64,000 nucleotides of DNA, from positions 395,004 to 459,003 of the forward strand of contig PS015022.1 in assembly GCA_048213135.1 (NCBI GenBank), in the 5' to 3' direction. The DNA comes from Reclinomonas americana ATCC 50394. Taxonomy: Eukaryota. The position numbers and the translations under genes were made by a program. The notes under the pieces are model-generated. The model had not been told where the DNA came from. It did no database searches and saw only the letters and a program-made list of their open reading frames with translations. Position 1 is the stretch's first letter. Every line of letters begins with the position of its first letter. Shown here piece by piece: positions 1-14,021 of the stretch.

Positions 1-303
1 CCAGCTGGTACGTCGAGCCAGTTCATTGCGTTTCCCTCACCGCTGCGCTTCCTCACCGCGAACGACACAGGTGGCTACAACAACGGCGTCGGCCGTGCCA
101 ATTACTGTTGCGTGCACTTGCGTCGACACACCATCACATTCTCTGTTTGCTCACTGTTTCCCTCTATCTCGTTTGCCACAGATGGTTTGCCGCCGATGCT
201 TCACCCTTCAACGTATGCTTGTGTGCCGCGTGTCTCACTCCCTTTTCTTCTTCACACAGACGCGGCCCCACCTGTACCGTACCAGCAACCCGGACGCTGG
301 TAG
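1..303 (+). CDS. 3' end of a spliced gene of unknown function (partial)
   Basis: Short GT-AG-bounded exons join to roughly ...GGYNNGVGRANY/DGLPPMLHPST/AAPPVPYQQPGRW*, with the stop at 301-303. Confidence 0.4.
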   Translation, partial: PAGTSSQFIAFPSPLRFLTANDTGGYNNGVGRANYCCVHLRRHTITFSVCSLFPSISFATDGLPPMLHPSTYACVPRVSLPFLLHTDAAPPVPYQQPGRW

Positions 304-515
304 TTCGCTCTGTCGGCCGCCACCTCTCTCTGTTGCTTCCTTTCTCTCCATGCATCTATGATATAAAAAAGAAAGAGGCGGTGGCTAGATAGTGCATTGA
401 ATGAATGTGCTTATGTGTGATTTCACATTCATATTCGCAACATTTGTTGCGGCGTTGTCTCTATATTTCTCTCTCCGTCAGGCAATATATGATACTACTG
501 CTGCATCCCCACTGC

Positions 516-961
516 TCACAGTGGTATGCACAGTCGCACCAGCTCGGCTGGCGAACCGGCAGACAAGAGCACCAGGCGACGACGATCGACCTCCGAGGAT
601 GCATCTGTTGTTGTGCGTATGAAAAGGCAAGCGAGTGAGCATAGGCACAACAAAACAGAGGAAGAGCCGAGTGGACGAGACGCAACGAGAGGGGTCAATC
701 AGACCCTGCTCGGCAAACTTGTCCACCAGACTCAAGCTTTCACTCTGCGTGAATGAGCCGACGCGCACAATCTGCGCTCCAGGGAACGACTGGGTGGGCG
801 GAGAAGAACGTGAGTGAATGTCCTTTGTTATCGGTGCACGGCAAGGCCATTTGCGCAACTTGCTTCAGCGACGGCAGCGTCTTTGGCAAGTCCCTCGCGG
901 TGTACGACGTGGCGGCGAGCACGCTGCCGCGACGCTGTGCGATGGAACGTGAATGAGAAGA

Positions 962-1013
<52 letters not shown>

Positions 1014-1128
1014 GCTCACCAGTGGGTGGTGGTGGAGGGAGGGAGTCGCGACGACCACTCACGACGACGCGGCGACGCGTGACGTGGCGACGGCCGACCG
1101 GGCGCACCNNNNNNNNNNNNNNNNNNNN

Positions 1129-1173
<45 letters not shown>

Positions 1174-1858
1174 GCTCACCATGGGTGTGGTGAGGAGGGA
1201 TCGCAGACCCATCACGAGCGGCAGCTGACTGGCAGGCACCGGGCGCACAGGCGGCGGGAAGCTGGTCGCGCCCGACATGATTTCCGGCATCAGGTAATTC
1301 ACACTGTCCATGACAACGCCGACCGGCTGCTGTTTCACCAGCGGCAGCAAGCGGCACAGAGCCAGAACAGCAGCCAGTGCATTGTCGCGATGCACAGCAC
1401 CGAGCTCGGCCACGTCCGTCAGAGTCGCAAGCAGGCGCTTCTTGTCGCTATCACGACGGCGCTTCACAATCGCCGCCGACTCCACGTCGGTCTGTGCCGA
1501 GGGTGTCAGATACAAGCGCACAAAGAGCATGCTGTCGACCGCACAACAACGCACCAGCGCAGCAGGCAGTGGAATGGGATTCGCACGCTGCAGCTCCGGC
1601 ACCCAGTGTCGCAACAAACGCAGTGCATCATCGTGCTGCAGGTACCGATCGCCCTCACGCGTCCACGAGTCAGGCGCCTTGACGAGCTCACGCACTAGCA
1701 CACACTCGCGTGAGACCACACAGCGCAGACAGAGAGAACGAAGGTAAGGCCACACCATTCGGCACCGACAACAACAACCACTTTTCATGCTCAGCCTGCG
1801 CCGCCGCAAACGCCAGTGCCACCGACTTGCCACTTCCCTGCGGTCCATCTGCAAGAAT

Positions 1859-1895
<37 letters not shown>

Positions 1896-2451
1896 ACGCA
1901 CTCAGCACACACACATGCACAGAGACAGAGAGAGCTGCATACACACACACACACACACACTCACCAAACACGAGTGGCAAGCCTCCCGAGGTCGTGCGTG
2001 CAGCGACAGCGCGCGTGAGCAACGGGTTCAGCGTGTCGCGCACCAGCAGTGGTGTCGAGGCCGACGAGTTGCGCGCGCGGGCAGCTGCAGCACCGCGCGA
2101 GGATGCCAAGCCAGAGCCGTGTGCACCGACCAGTGCACTGGCCACGTGCGCTCGCGTGAGCACACCAGTGGCTTGTGCAGAGGAGGCCAGCGAGAGGAAC
2201 TTGGAGGCGGCGGGGACATCTGCTGATGATGATGATGGTGGTGGTGGCTCTGCGGCTGACGATGGAGGTGCAGCGGTCTGTGTGTGTGTGTGTGCGCGCG
2301 TGAGTAAGCGAGTGTGACATGTGCGTGCGTGCGCGTGAGCATATGGTACCTCGGCGGAGGATGAGAAGCAGCGTGCGTGCAGTCTGCTAAACGGCAATGC
2401 GGGGCCACCGTTGCGGTGGGCGAGTGGCCGCAGAGCTTGTCGCCACAGCAT
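516..2451 (-). CDS. DAP3: Mitochondrial ribosomal protein mS29 / DAP3 (spliced)
   Basis: Arg-rich presequence MLWRQALRPLAHR...CFSSSA; LLVR motif; P-loop DGPQGSGKSVAL; WLLLSVPNG; VGVVMDSVN; C-terminal LVLLSAGSPAELVRLC typical of DAP3. Confidence 0.85.
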
Positions 2452-2503
2452 TGTTTATGTGGTGAGAGGCAACGAGGAGGACAGGACGCATGCATTCGTT
2501 TCT

Positions 2504-5500
2504 TCATTCCCTGTCACGGAAGCGCGGTCGCTTTTGTGGCTGCTCTTCGCCGTGGCGTGGTGCGGATGCTGCCACTGCACCGTAGGCCATTGGCGGGCGT
2601 CGGGGGAAGCGGCCTTCCGGCTGGTACTGATCGCCTTGTTGCCGGCGGAAGGATTCTTCTTGTGAGGGAAGACCGGAGCTGATGCCGCTGGTGCCCGAGG
2701 CGCTGCCGCCTGCAGAGGCGGCGCGCTTCTCGCCCTTCTCTTCGTCGTCGTCGACCCACACACCGGCGGCGACCAAGCCTGCGTCTTCTGTCGCCACCTG
2801 CTGCAGGCGACGTTTCCTGAATACCTTGCGGTATTCGGGTTCTTCGTTCGCCAGTGCCGCAGCGGCGGCGGCGGCGGCAGCGGCGGCCGCCGATACCGGT
2901 CGAGTCACAGGTGTGAGCACGCTCATGGCGTCGAGGGTGTAGTCCACCAAGTACGTCTTTTGCAGCAGGCGCTCCAATCGGTGCGAGTGCCGCTCGTTGT
3001 ACGCCGTCAAACTCGTGACAATCTGCGGCCAAGTACCCATGAGCAACTCCAAGCCCTCTGCTTCCTTTGCACACATATGGCCACGCACCTCACGGATTCG
3101 CGGAAGTTCCAGAACGGTGGATGTGGGATGCACATGGAACACGGCGCCCAGCACAATGTTGGCAACCAAGCTGTGGGCGGGGTGGAGGTGAGCGAAAAAG
3201 GGAAAGGGGGAGGGAGGGGGGGAGAGAGAGAAGCAACCGGGCGTTGTGTGTCACCTTGTTCTGGAATTGGTAATCCAGTCGCGCACATACAGCAACACCT
3301 CTTGCATCTGCGTCGACGACCACTGTTGCACGCAGTCGTTCAACTTTTCCGGACCTGCGCGCTGCCGTGAGACACCTTTCGCCACCTCAGCCCCTCTCTG
3401 TAAACGACGCCGTACCTTGGCGACACAAGCTGGTGAGTGCCGTCAGCAAGCGTGCCGGCTGCCGCAGCTCCACCGCCAACTGAATGGCTCCCATGTGATC
3501 GCCCGCACGCAGCAAATTGCTCAACTCTTGCTCCTTGACGATAAACTCCTCCGATTCCGCCGCCTCTTGCATCTCCTCGTTCAGCGTGTTGTCGCGCCAC
3601 ACACGCACCACACCATCCGAGCCAGCACTGGCAAAGGCAAGCTCGTTCGTGACGTCCTTGGTCGCCGACAAGCACCACACCTTGTCCTCGTGCCCCTCAA
3701 AGGTGGCCGTGCACTCCGACGTCTTCACCGTCCACAGCTTCAGCAGGCCATCGGCACCCGAGCTCAGCACCTGCAGCCCGGCGTTGATGAAGCGCGCATT
3801 CAACACGCCCTGCAAGTGGCCTTGGAGCGTCTGTCGGCCCACGAAACCAAGTGAGTCGAAGGTGAAGAAGAGGGAGAGTTGGAGGAGGGGGAGAAGAAGA
3901 ACACCAACATCACGACGAAGTAAAAGCTAGGGGAAGAGGGAGAAGCAGAACAGACATGGCGTGCAGTCGTACCTTCAAACACGTGCCATCGGCGACGGCC
4001 CAGATGCGAATCGTCTTGTCGCCCGACGTTGACAAGACGCACTTGTCGACTGTGGAGAACTCAGTGTACCACACACCGCGTCGATGCCCGATGCACGCCA
4101 CCGACAACTGCAGCTGCGGTTTCGGGTTGCTGCCAGAGACATCAAACGTCCACAGCTTCAACAGACGATCCTGACTGGCCGTGGCCACCAACTGGTCATT
4201 GGGACTGATGGCGACACAGTTGATGTCCTTTTCGTGCGCCTACACACGATGCAGAGCATGAGCGTCGACGAGCAAGGGAAGTCCTCCTCTCCACCCCTCT
4301 TCATGGACTCACCACCGTGGTCGCCAAGCAAGCAAATGTACCAGGTTCCTCGAGGCGTGCCAGCACTGTCGTGGTGGAAAGGTGAGCAATGGAGCGATCG
4401 TTCTGCAAGCTGGAGAGGGACAGAACAAAACGCAACGAGTCTTCTTCTTGGTCAGGTCGCTCGTGTCCCATACTTTCAGTGTGCGATCCTCTGACACGGT
4501 GTACAAGTGTCGGTGCGAGCGCGCCATGACCACACTTGCCACACTGCCTGTGTGTCCGCGGCAGGTACCGACCAAACTGCAGGAGAGCGACACGATAAGT
4601 CGACCGCAAGGAGTAGGCACGAGCAATGACACACAAACCTGAACTGCAGCGTACTGCCATCGGCCGTCACCGGTTGCTCGCCCACCTCCATTGTCGGTGG
4701 ATGAGGGCCGCAGTAATACACGCGGGCCGTGCTGTCCTTGGAGCACGTGCTCAAAAAGTGACCGTCGGCACTAATGTGGACGCCGAGTACCACATCGCCG
4801 TGTCCACCGACCAGCGTGCACCCGCCATGCTGCAGATCGTACACGCGCACCTCGTCACTGTTGTTGGCGACCACCAATGGAGGCAAGTGACCCGCCGCAG
4901 CTGGTTGCATCGACTCGTCGCCATCCGCTATCATTTGCGAGAGTCAGACAACTGTATGTATACAGGAGAGGAATGGCAGGAAATACCTTGCTCAAAGGGT
5001 CCGAGCTGGGGGAAGAACTGCACAGCGGTGATCTGGTCATTGTGGCCGATCAGCAGGCGACGTTGATCGAGCACCGTGCTGCCTGTGAACTCGCACTCGA
5101 TAATGCAATGATCGCTGGTGGCGTACACCACTCGATTGTCGGCGATGCTACACACGAAAGAAAAAGAGGAGGGCACGCCTGGTGAGAATGTGGTTATTGT
5201 TACGCATTCCACTGCAAGCACGAAACTGCAAATGCTGAATGGTGAGCGGTGAATCCTCGCGCGGGTAGGCCACCTGCAGTGTCGCCAGGTGCTCGCCGTC
5301 TGTTACTCGATACAGCTTGAGCTTGCCAGATTCACCGCCCGTCATCACCACACACGGCGGCGGCTCATCCGCGCCCACATCAATGCCCACATGCACATCG
5401 GCCTCGTCGATCACCGCAATCGTCTCGATGCACTGCGGTGCAGATTGCGCGTGTGAGACCGCGCAACGCTGCAAGTCAAGGCCATGTTGCACGCACCTCG

Positions 5501-6577
5501 TACACTGCCGTGGTCTTGATGCGCTTCAGCGTCGCCACCTCGTACGCAATGACAACGCGATCGCGACCGGCGCTCAACAGCGTGCCCGTGCGACTGCACC
5601 AGCGCAGACACGTGATCGTGCCCATGTGATCCGCCAGCGTCCGCACGCACTGACCACCTGGTGGGAGGGTAGTGGCGTCAGTGCACACGCGTGCAGGATG
5701 CACGCACACGCACACACATGCACACACATGCACACACCTTCACTCAAGCTCCACACGCGCACCACATTCTCGTCGCCCGCCGTTGCCAACATCACCTGGT
5801 CCTCGTGATTGAAGAACACCACGCGCGTCACCACCGACGTGTGGCCGCGCAAGAAGTGCGTCAAGTATCCCTGCTCCACATCCCACACTTTCACCGTGTG
5901 ATCCGCCGAGGCCGTCGCCAACAGCGTGCCCGTCGAGTCAAACTCCAGCTCCAACACCGCCAAGTTGTGCGGCTGTGATGACATCACGAGCACGCGTCAG
6001 TCGCCACTGCCCTGCAACTGCTCCGCCACCAGTTGCTTGGTCGACTCACCTTCCACTTGCGCACCACGGTCGGGCCCGCCACACCATCGAGATCGTAGAC
6101 GTACAGCAGCAGACTCGTGGTCACCACATACAGCTCGCGTCCACCGCTCTCAGAGGGTACCGGCCGCGGTCGCAACACAAAGCTGGTCACCAGATCGCCA
6201 TCCTACAATGATGAGCATGTGTGTGTGAGAGCAAGAGAGAAGAGAGGGAGGGGAAGAGAGGCAATGCATGACTGACCGGACGCAGACGATGCAACTCGGC
6301 TCCACTGCTGGCCTCCAGCAGCACCACCTCGGTGCCACATCCCGTGACCATAGTCGACCCATCATCACTCACCAACACCTAGGTGCACGTGCGCGCGTGT
6401 GAGTGCGTGTGTGCGAGGCTGCAGGATATGTGCACATTCACATGCACAACAACACGCACGCCCAAGAAAACGAGAGAGACACGCGCGCAAACAGACCTTG
6501 CCACCAGTGTACGTGCTGGCCAACTGCGTATCCGCACGCAGCGCATTCACAAGTCGCGGTCCACTCCCCGATGCCAT
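2504..6577 (-). CDS. UTP13: U3 snoRNA-associated protein 13 / transducin beta-like 3 (WD40 repeats plus Utp13 C-terminal domain)
   Basis: N-terminal YTGG; many WD repeats (GHRRGVWYTEFS, AHEKDINCVA, GHEDKVWCL); C-terminal WITNSR and AYNERHSHRLERLLQKTYLVDYTL. Confidence 0.92.
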
Positions 6578-6648
6578 TCCGCCAACAACGAAGACAAACA
6601 AAGTGACGTGCTCGCTCTGTCACACGCAAACACACAACACTGACTTTG

Positions 6649-9277
6649 ATGGCCGACGGCGCAGCAGCAGTTGCGTCACACAACACACACTCACACACAC
6701 ACACTCTCTCTCTCTCTCTCCCTGTCTCACACGATTGAGCACACAGGAAGCGCCTCGTGCACCTCCTCCTCCGCCTCCTCCTCCTCCGGGCACTCAAGCC
6801 GCCGCAGCAGCCGCAGCCGCTGCAGCTGCGGCCGCTGCGGCGATTGGAGCCAATGGAGTGGCAGCAGCAGCAGCAGCGTATCAAGTGCGTCCCTCACCTG
6901 TGTTTGATGGAGGTCGCCGTGCGTTGTTGTTTGCGCTGGGGCGACCGCGACAGGGTGCGACCATCGGGCAGTTGTTGGAGAGTGTGACGGCGGTGGTGGC
7001 GGGCGTGTTGCTGCTGGTGGTTGTGGTGTTGCATGTGACCACGTCGTCGCCGGCTGTTGCGTTGTGTGCTTCTTTGCGTGCTGGTGTGTGTGTGAGAATG
7101 AGAGATTGAGTGACAATCACAATGTGCAGTCGTCGCCACTGAGTGTGGCGCTCAAGGAGAGCGGAGCGGTGGAGAGTGATGTGGTGATTATCATGGTGCG
7201 GTGTGGTTGCTGTGGCTGTGTGTGAGTGAGTGGAGCGATGGTGATGACTTGCTGCGTGTGCGCAGCTGGACTCGCCGGCCTATGTCACGTGGGCGGCTGA
7301 CAAGAGACACTTGGAGGAGCAGCAGCAGCAGACGACCTCTCCTCCTCCCCCTCCTCCTTCTTCTGCGTCTCCTCCAACTCCCAATTCCACATCAATGCCA
7401 CCAGAACCATCATCGCCATCACCACCAACATTGACGACAGTCGAGACACAAGTGGAAGAACCGCAGACAACAACGACAACAGAGCCAGCGACCGAAGAGG
7501 TTGCTACCTCTCCTTCACCTCCCACTCCATCACCACCGCCACCGCCTCCACCGGCGAGTGGTCTGTCGCCGGAGCTGAATGTGCTGGTGGATCTCACGTC
7601 GCACGTGTACACCGACATTGCGGGGTGGTGGGAGGCGGCGCAAAATGGTCTCCCGTCGGTGATGGATTTCGTGTTCAGCAGTCCCACGCAACGACAGCAG
7701 AATAAGAATGCGCGTGCGCAGCAGGCGGCCAGCGCTGCGGCCATGGGTGGCGCTGCGCCGGCTTCGTTTTTGCTCGATCATGGAGCTGAAAATTTGGCCA
7801 TGGTGCCGTACTCGTGGCCACCAAATATCCGGCGGTGAGTTTACTCTTGCGCTCCCGTGGTGATGAAACGAGTGTGTCAATGTGTTTATTGTCGTCATCA
7901 GGTGGGAGCTGAACAGTCAGGAGAAGCGCACGCTGATCGACGCCGCCCACCATGCGGCACTGGACCGCTTGCGTGCCGGTCGATTCGTATTCGCTCGTCA
8001 CCGCGGTCTGCTGCAGCTGCCGCTCGCGTACCTGCGCAAGCACAATATTCCGGTGCGCGTCTTCTCGGTTGACGCCTCGCGGCTGGTGGACAATAGGTGA
8101 GCGCGCGCGCGTGTGTGTGTGTGTGATGAACCCTTCTCCCCCCTCCGGCTCATGTTGCAACTGCTCAGCGTGGTCTCATTCATGCTCGACGAGTGGGTCG
8201 GCTACGAGTCGTACATGCTGCAAGTGCTGTCCCACGTCTTTGGCGGTACAGGTGGCGTCCACTGTCGCTTCTCCACTCGCGTATCAATTAATCTTTGCGC
8301 TTTCGCTGACTGCACACCGCAGGCTTCATGTACCACCCGGAAGAGGATCAAGTGTTCTCACTCGACTCCGAATCGATGTCCTCGCTGAATCCGGTCACCG
8401 ACGATGTGGATTTGTCGGATACGGAGCGCGATCTGGTGATCCGCGTCGGTCACCGCATCACCGCCATGGTCGTTGCTGTTCTGTTGCACGGCGTGTGCGG
8501 CTTCGCCGTGTCGGTGCTGATCAAGGAGACGCACGATCGTATGCTGCACATTATTCGTTGCGTGCGTGGAAGTAGGAGGCACGAAGATGTTGTGACTCAC
8601 GCGTGAGTCGTGAAAATGCAGTCATGATTCACGCCAACACTCGAGCGCGCCGGCAATTTGGTCAGCATCGCGCGGTAATCACGCCGTCCGTGTTGCTGGA
8701 TTTCCTCGGTATAATACCGGTGAGTTGTGCCGAGTGACAGCGTGTGAGCTGCGTGGTTCTCAAGCCGTGCGCGCGTGTTTCTGTGTGCACATGCAGTTAA
8801 TGCTGGGAACCATGTACTTTGTCAGCGAGGGCTTTGACGACACGCGTGTCTGCATCGCCTTTATCTGCATGCGCTGGTGCTACTCGCTGATTGTCGAGCT
8901 GCTCGTGCGGACGTCGGTTCTGTCACCAGAACGGCGGCGCTTCATGCTGCTGACACACCTCTACTGTGTCGGCTATCTGCTCTTTGCGCTGTTGCATCCA
9001 CTGTCGCACACCCTCGTGGCCGCCGTGTGGTTTGTCACCTGGTTTGTTGCGAGTCGGTGTATCATTACTTGTCCTCATCGGCCGTTCGCTGCGCAGCTGT
9101 AGCGCCTTTGTCGGGCACGCCACGCTGCGCTTCATCAACAAGATCGAGATCCCGACATTCCTTCGCGAAGTCGCTCAAGGTGCCGCCGTTCGACCAGTTC
9201 CTCCACGTCCCGGTTCTCCACCACCACCACCAGGGGCAGCAGCACCACCACCAGCAGCAGCGCCAGCGCCACCTTAG
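6649..9277 (+). CDS. TMEM259: Membralin (TMEM259)-like ER membrane protein
   Basis: LLESVTAVVAGVLLLVVVVLH TM segment; RGLLQLPLAYLRKHNIPVRVFSVD; LDEWVGYESYML; KETHDRML; IPLMLGTMYFVSEGFDDTR; RFINKIEIP, in membralin motif order. Confidence 0.8.
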
Positions 9278-9357
9278 AACAAAATGTATTATCAATGTGT
9301 CCTCCTCGTCGTCCTCTACAATATCCGGCGAAGAGGTCAACAGTCAGAGTGGGCGCC

Positions 9358-10659
9358 ATGGCGTCGCCTCTCCGTTGCGCTGTCACACACACTCACTCAC
9401 ACAGTAGGCAAGAGTGCCACCGACTCACATTCTCACGCAAACAGAGGTGCTGGACTCGTATATCGATCGATTTCAAGACGAGCTGGAAGAGTTGTGTGAG
9501 CACACTCTCTCCCACACGCCCTCTCTCTTCGTGCTCACTAGCGATCATCAGGTTCTGTCAATCAGACGAGTTCCGAGCGCTCTCCTCACGACTCTTTGCG
9601 CTTCTCGATGCCGACTGTGACGGGAAGATTGATGTTGGTGGCTTGCATGCGGCACTGGAGGGAGTGTGGCGAACAGTCACACGGTTATATGTGGGCTCAC
9701 CACTTCCGCAACCAACACGACAACAGGCGGAGATCATTCTGCAGTCCATGGACAGAGGTTGGTGGAAAGAGTGGAGGAGAAGAGCTCTCTCTTGCTCATT
9801 CGCTTATCGCAGACAAGGATAACATGCTGGGCGCGGACGAGTTCCTTCCGTTTGTGGAGAAGGCGAGCTTGCAGATCTCGCACGCCATGCTGATGCAGTT
9901 TGAGACCAAGGACGCGCCGTTACTGGAGGAGCGCCTGTTGGCGGTCAGTGGAGGCTTACCTTTGGTTTGGCGGACATGTGTTCGTGTGGCTAACACAGAG
10001 TTTGCGTGCAGTTCACCAAGACCAAGGACTTTTCCGATCTGGTGGTGCGCACGTTTGTGCAACACGACTCGGATCGCAGCGGAAAGGTGTCGTTTTTGGA
10101 GTTTTGGGGCGCCCTGATTTCATTGCGAGACGGTGAGTGATGTGAGGGAGGGAGGGAGAGAGCGGCAAGCTTGACAGCTTCTCATGGGGTTTTCGATCTG
10201 GGCGCAGAGCTGGTCGAGCAGAGCGGTTTGGCCAATGTCGTAATCACCAAAGCCGTGGCCGAGCAAGTGTTCACCGCCGTGCGTTCATTTTCTTTCAATA
10301 GTTCCGACATTTCTCGTGCCACTCACTCGTTGCATCGTGCCGCTGTAGTTTGACAAGGATGGTGATGGGGTGAGTACTCATCCTTTTGTGTCTCTGCCGA
10401 CGACCGCTCACCCACCTTTTCTGCAGGAATTATCGCTGCACGAATACGGCGTGCTCGGTAAGAGTCGCTCCTCTTGTGCGCCACACCTCTTGCAACCCCA
10501 CGCCTCACTGCGCTTGCCTTTTCTTTTGCAGTCACGGAAGTCATCCGACTGGAAGCACGTGTACTCAAACAATCCAATGTGACGCTGCTGTCCGTCATGG
10601 ACGCAGTCGTCGGCGCAGTAGAAGATGCTGCGTCACATATGCGCTTGTCAGCCAAGTGA
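9358..10659 (+). CDS. EF-hand calcium-binding protein (about 4 EF hands in two pairs)
   Basis: Spliced EF loops DADCDGKID, DRDKDNMLGADEF, DSDRSGKVSFLEF and DKDGDGELSLHEY; stop after ...MRLSAK. Confidence 0.8.
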
Positions 10660-10721
10660 AATCCGTGTGCACTCAGCAGTGTGCCTTGTTGTATCTCTCA
10701 TCTTATTTCCGCACGCTTACA

Positions 10722-13622
10722 TTATCGCATGCTATCATTAAACATTTGCCGCAGCTGCACATCCTTGTGCAACTCGCTGCGACGGAACCGCGGCCACGAA
10801 TCGGTCAGCAGCAGTCGGTGGATTTCTCTGCAGCGTGTGGGTGAGGACGCACTGGGGAGAGAGAAAACGAAAGAGTAGAGGTCCAGGACAGCAGTGCACA
10901 CGCGCACCTGTACAGGGGCTCGAACAAATCGACGAGGTCGTCGGTGACGGAGCCAAACACCACATGATCGGCTTGCGGCGATCGCGGCGCTGGCGAATCC
11001 GACATTTCCGTTGCTCTGGCGGGCGAGCGCGGAATGAGAGCCGCCACCTCGCCCACCTCTTGTTGTTGCCTAACGGGAGATCAACACAATATGGATGAGA
11101 TGCCGTGAGTGAGAGGGAGGGAGGATGAAAGAGATCCATCTCACGCACCGTTCACTCTCCTCGTCGTGCGCCACCGGAGCGTTGGCCACCACAGCCGCCT
11201 TGACCACGTTGATACCCAGGCGCGACGCCACAGCACTCGCTTGTCGGCGCGATATGTTGAGTTCTGACGGAGAGCCTGTGAAGGCGCGTGCAAGTCAGAA
11301 TGTAGAGGTCACGACGCGGCCTGCACTGCCGCGACGCACGTACCATCGGCAAGAAACTGAAAGTAAATCGTGCGACCGACATCGTAGCGGGAGGTGATGG
11401 ACTGCAGTTTCTCATACGCCAGCACCGCCTGCGTGACACGCAGTGGGGGGGTCAGAGCTGGAAATTGAAACGATAGTCTGTTCATCTGCTCACCAGCAGA
11501 AAGTGCAAATTCTCGGCGCTCTCCTCCGAGACTGCATCACAACAGTCAGTCGCGCCCTCTCACATCGAGAGGTATGCAGCTTGTCGCAACTCAGGTACTC
11601 CTCAAACGCGTGGCGACCGGATGGATCGTCGTCGGTAATCATCAGCTCTAGGGCACTCGGCGCTCGTCGATTTTCCGAGTCGATCGGGTACCGCTGCTGC
11701 GGGCCAAACTGCTTCTTGGTCCGGTGATCGCGGAACGACTGGTACAAGCTCAGCAGTACGCCAGTGGCATTGATCTATGACGTCCACTGTCAGCATGGAA
11801 GTAGCTGTTGTTCCGCTCCGTGTGTGCGAGACTCACCGCCAGCGACAGAATGCCGTTGCCGATCCAGGTGGCCTGGGTGACGCCGGTGATTTTTGTCATA
11901 GTCAGGATGAACGAGGCCAGCAGGTACACGCCCCACAGCATGTAGATGGTGATGAGTTCGACCGAGACGCCGAAGGGGTCGTGAACTGGGCGAGAAGGGA
12001 AGGGGGCAAGGGGGAAGGGGGAAATGGGAAAGGGGGAAAGGAAAAGAGAGAAGGTGGAGGAAGAGAGGATGGAGAAGAAAGAGAGGGAAAAGAAGGAGGA
12101 AGGTGATCAAGGAGTTGAGAGACGACGCAAGCAGCAAGGAGGCAACAACGAGGTTGCAAGCGCAAGGGACGAGAAAGCAGGGTGAACACGAACGCACAAA
12201 AGAAAGAAGCGAAGATGCAACAACAACAGAAGCATAGAGCGACGCGCCATGCCGAATAGGAAGAACACAGAGGCGTGCAGTGAACTCAGTGCACACAGTT
12301 GTACAGAGGCAGACAGGGAGGGAGACCGGGAAAGAGAAGGGAAAGAGAAGACAGCGAAGCACTTTAACGACACAGGAGAGTGGCAGACGGGCACAAAACG
12401 AGAGTACAACGCATGTCGCACACCACCGATACTCACGTTTCCTTGCAAACAGGCACATGATGATGGAGAAGACGGCAAACACCGTGCCAAACACCATGGA
12501 CCTTATTGGTTTGAACAGGCAAAGAGGTTAGCACACAAGTGGCTCCACAGAGAGTCACCGAAACCAGCGCCCACGCAACACGACTCCCACGGCAATCATG
12601 GTCGCCGTACTGCAGACGCCAAAGATGGCCGCCGTGACCGCCATGATGCCACAAAAGAGCAGCAGCAGCGACACCGAGCCAAGCAGCAGTCCCCAGTTGC
12701 TGATCGAGAAGCGAACCAAGCGCAAGGAGCGCGACAAGATGATGCGCTGCCCGCACGGCGACACTCGCGACTGGCCGAGAATCCTGCGCAGCAGTGGTCC
12801 CAACTGATAATGCAGCTTCCGTTTGCCCGCTGCTGGCACTGCAACTCGTCCATCCACCGCCTCCGACGCCTCATCTGCAGTGGCCTCGCTGCTCGTGCGC
12901 AGGTGCGCCCCTCTGTGTGCGTGGCACACAAGTCGGCGAGGGAAACAAAAAAGATGCGCATACAAGTGACTGCTGCGAACCCGTGCTCAGCGTCGGCCCA
13001 CGACGCATCCTGCATGACATCAGCGCGCCATCTTTGTACGCGATTGAGCACCCACAGGCGATAGCCACTGAGAGTGAGCGAGCGAAAGGGAGACAAGAGT
13101 GAGGAAGGGAAAAGAAAGATCCGAACAAACAACAACAACTGCAACACTGACCGCAAGATGCATGTTGTCTCAATGCTCGACTGTGTGGAGAAGGCAATGA
13201 GTGGATGCGTGATTATGAGAGGAGGCAGTGGAGCTGACCATGATGATCGGAGGGAGCATGATCACCGCCCAACATCTGCAATCAAGCTAGAACATGAGCG
13301 CGCACTTCTCCTCCACTCTCTTTCTCTCTCCCTCTGCTCGCACACGCGCAACGCTAATGTGGAGTTCTGAATGAGTGTGTTCTCTTGCAGCACACACACG
13401 TCCAGTTGAATGAGCGCGCACAGGAAGAGTGAGTAGAGAGTGAGGTGAATGCTCCGTCGTCTGCAAAGAAGCAGGGCGAGAGTGAGCGAGTGAGAGTGTA
13501 GGAGAGAGAAGGAGAGACAAGACTGACCGCACGGGTTCACTGTTGCGCCACACAATGACGAGAGCGGCCATCACGGCAGTAATGCCGAGTGTGACTGACA
13601 AGTAGATGGTGATGTTCACCAT
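10722..13622 (-). CDS. Seven-transmembrane RGS protein (7TM-RGS, AtRGS1-type architecture)
   Basis: Seven hydrophobic segments with RRRS after TM1, LRGYRL after TM3 and DPFGVSVEL before TM6. RGS box follows: GRHAFEEYL..EESAENLHFLLAV, IYFQFLADGSPSELNIS, DLFEPLYREIHRLLLTDSWPRFRRS. Confidence 0.85.
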
Positions 13623-14021
13623 TGTGTGCAAGAGAGAGAGAGAGAGAGAGAGAGATGCACTGCTCTCACACAGGCACGAGGCACGCTGTGGCTGAGCGCG
13701 CACAGAGAGATGGGGCGGAGATGGGAGCGGAGATCACGCGCACGAGGACAACTCGACGTTGTGCAGCCATGGAGGCAAACGAACTCCAAAGTAGAGAGTG
13801 GAGTGCAAATAAGCAGGGGACGGGCTTGAATGGAGGAGAGAAGTGCACCTCACACCTCACAGTAATCTCAGCGCAACGTGAAGGCAACGAGGTGCATACT
13901 TCCGCATGTTGCAGTTCCACGGTCGTCTGCAGAACTGATCCCGAGTAACACAACTCGAAGCACACCTTGCACTGCTGCTTGTAAAACTCTACATTCATTT
14001 ACCCATGCTGAGTCGCGCACA

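Noticed and set aside
1008-1128. Apparent duplicated, mutually exclusive DAP3 exon end (a garbled copy of 1168-1248)
   Set aside because: It is indel-ridden, lies between (GA)n tracts and abuts an N gap; most likely a noisy-read or gap-fill artefact.
13640-14010. Possible small Cys-rich gene (QCKVCFELC...) between the 7TM-RGS and CENP-V genes
   Set aside because: I could not build a consistent start and splice model, and there is no recognisable motif.
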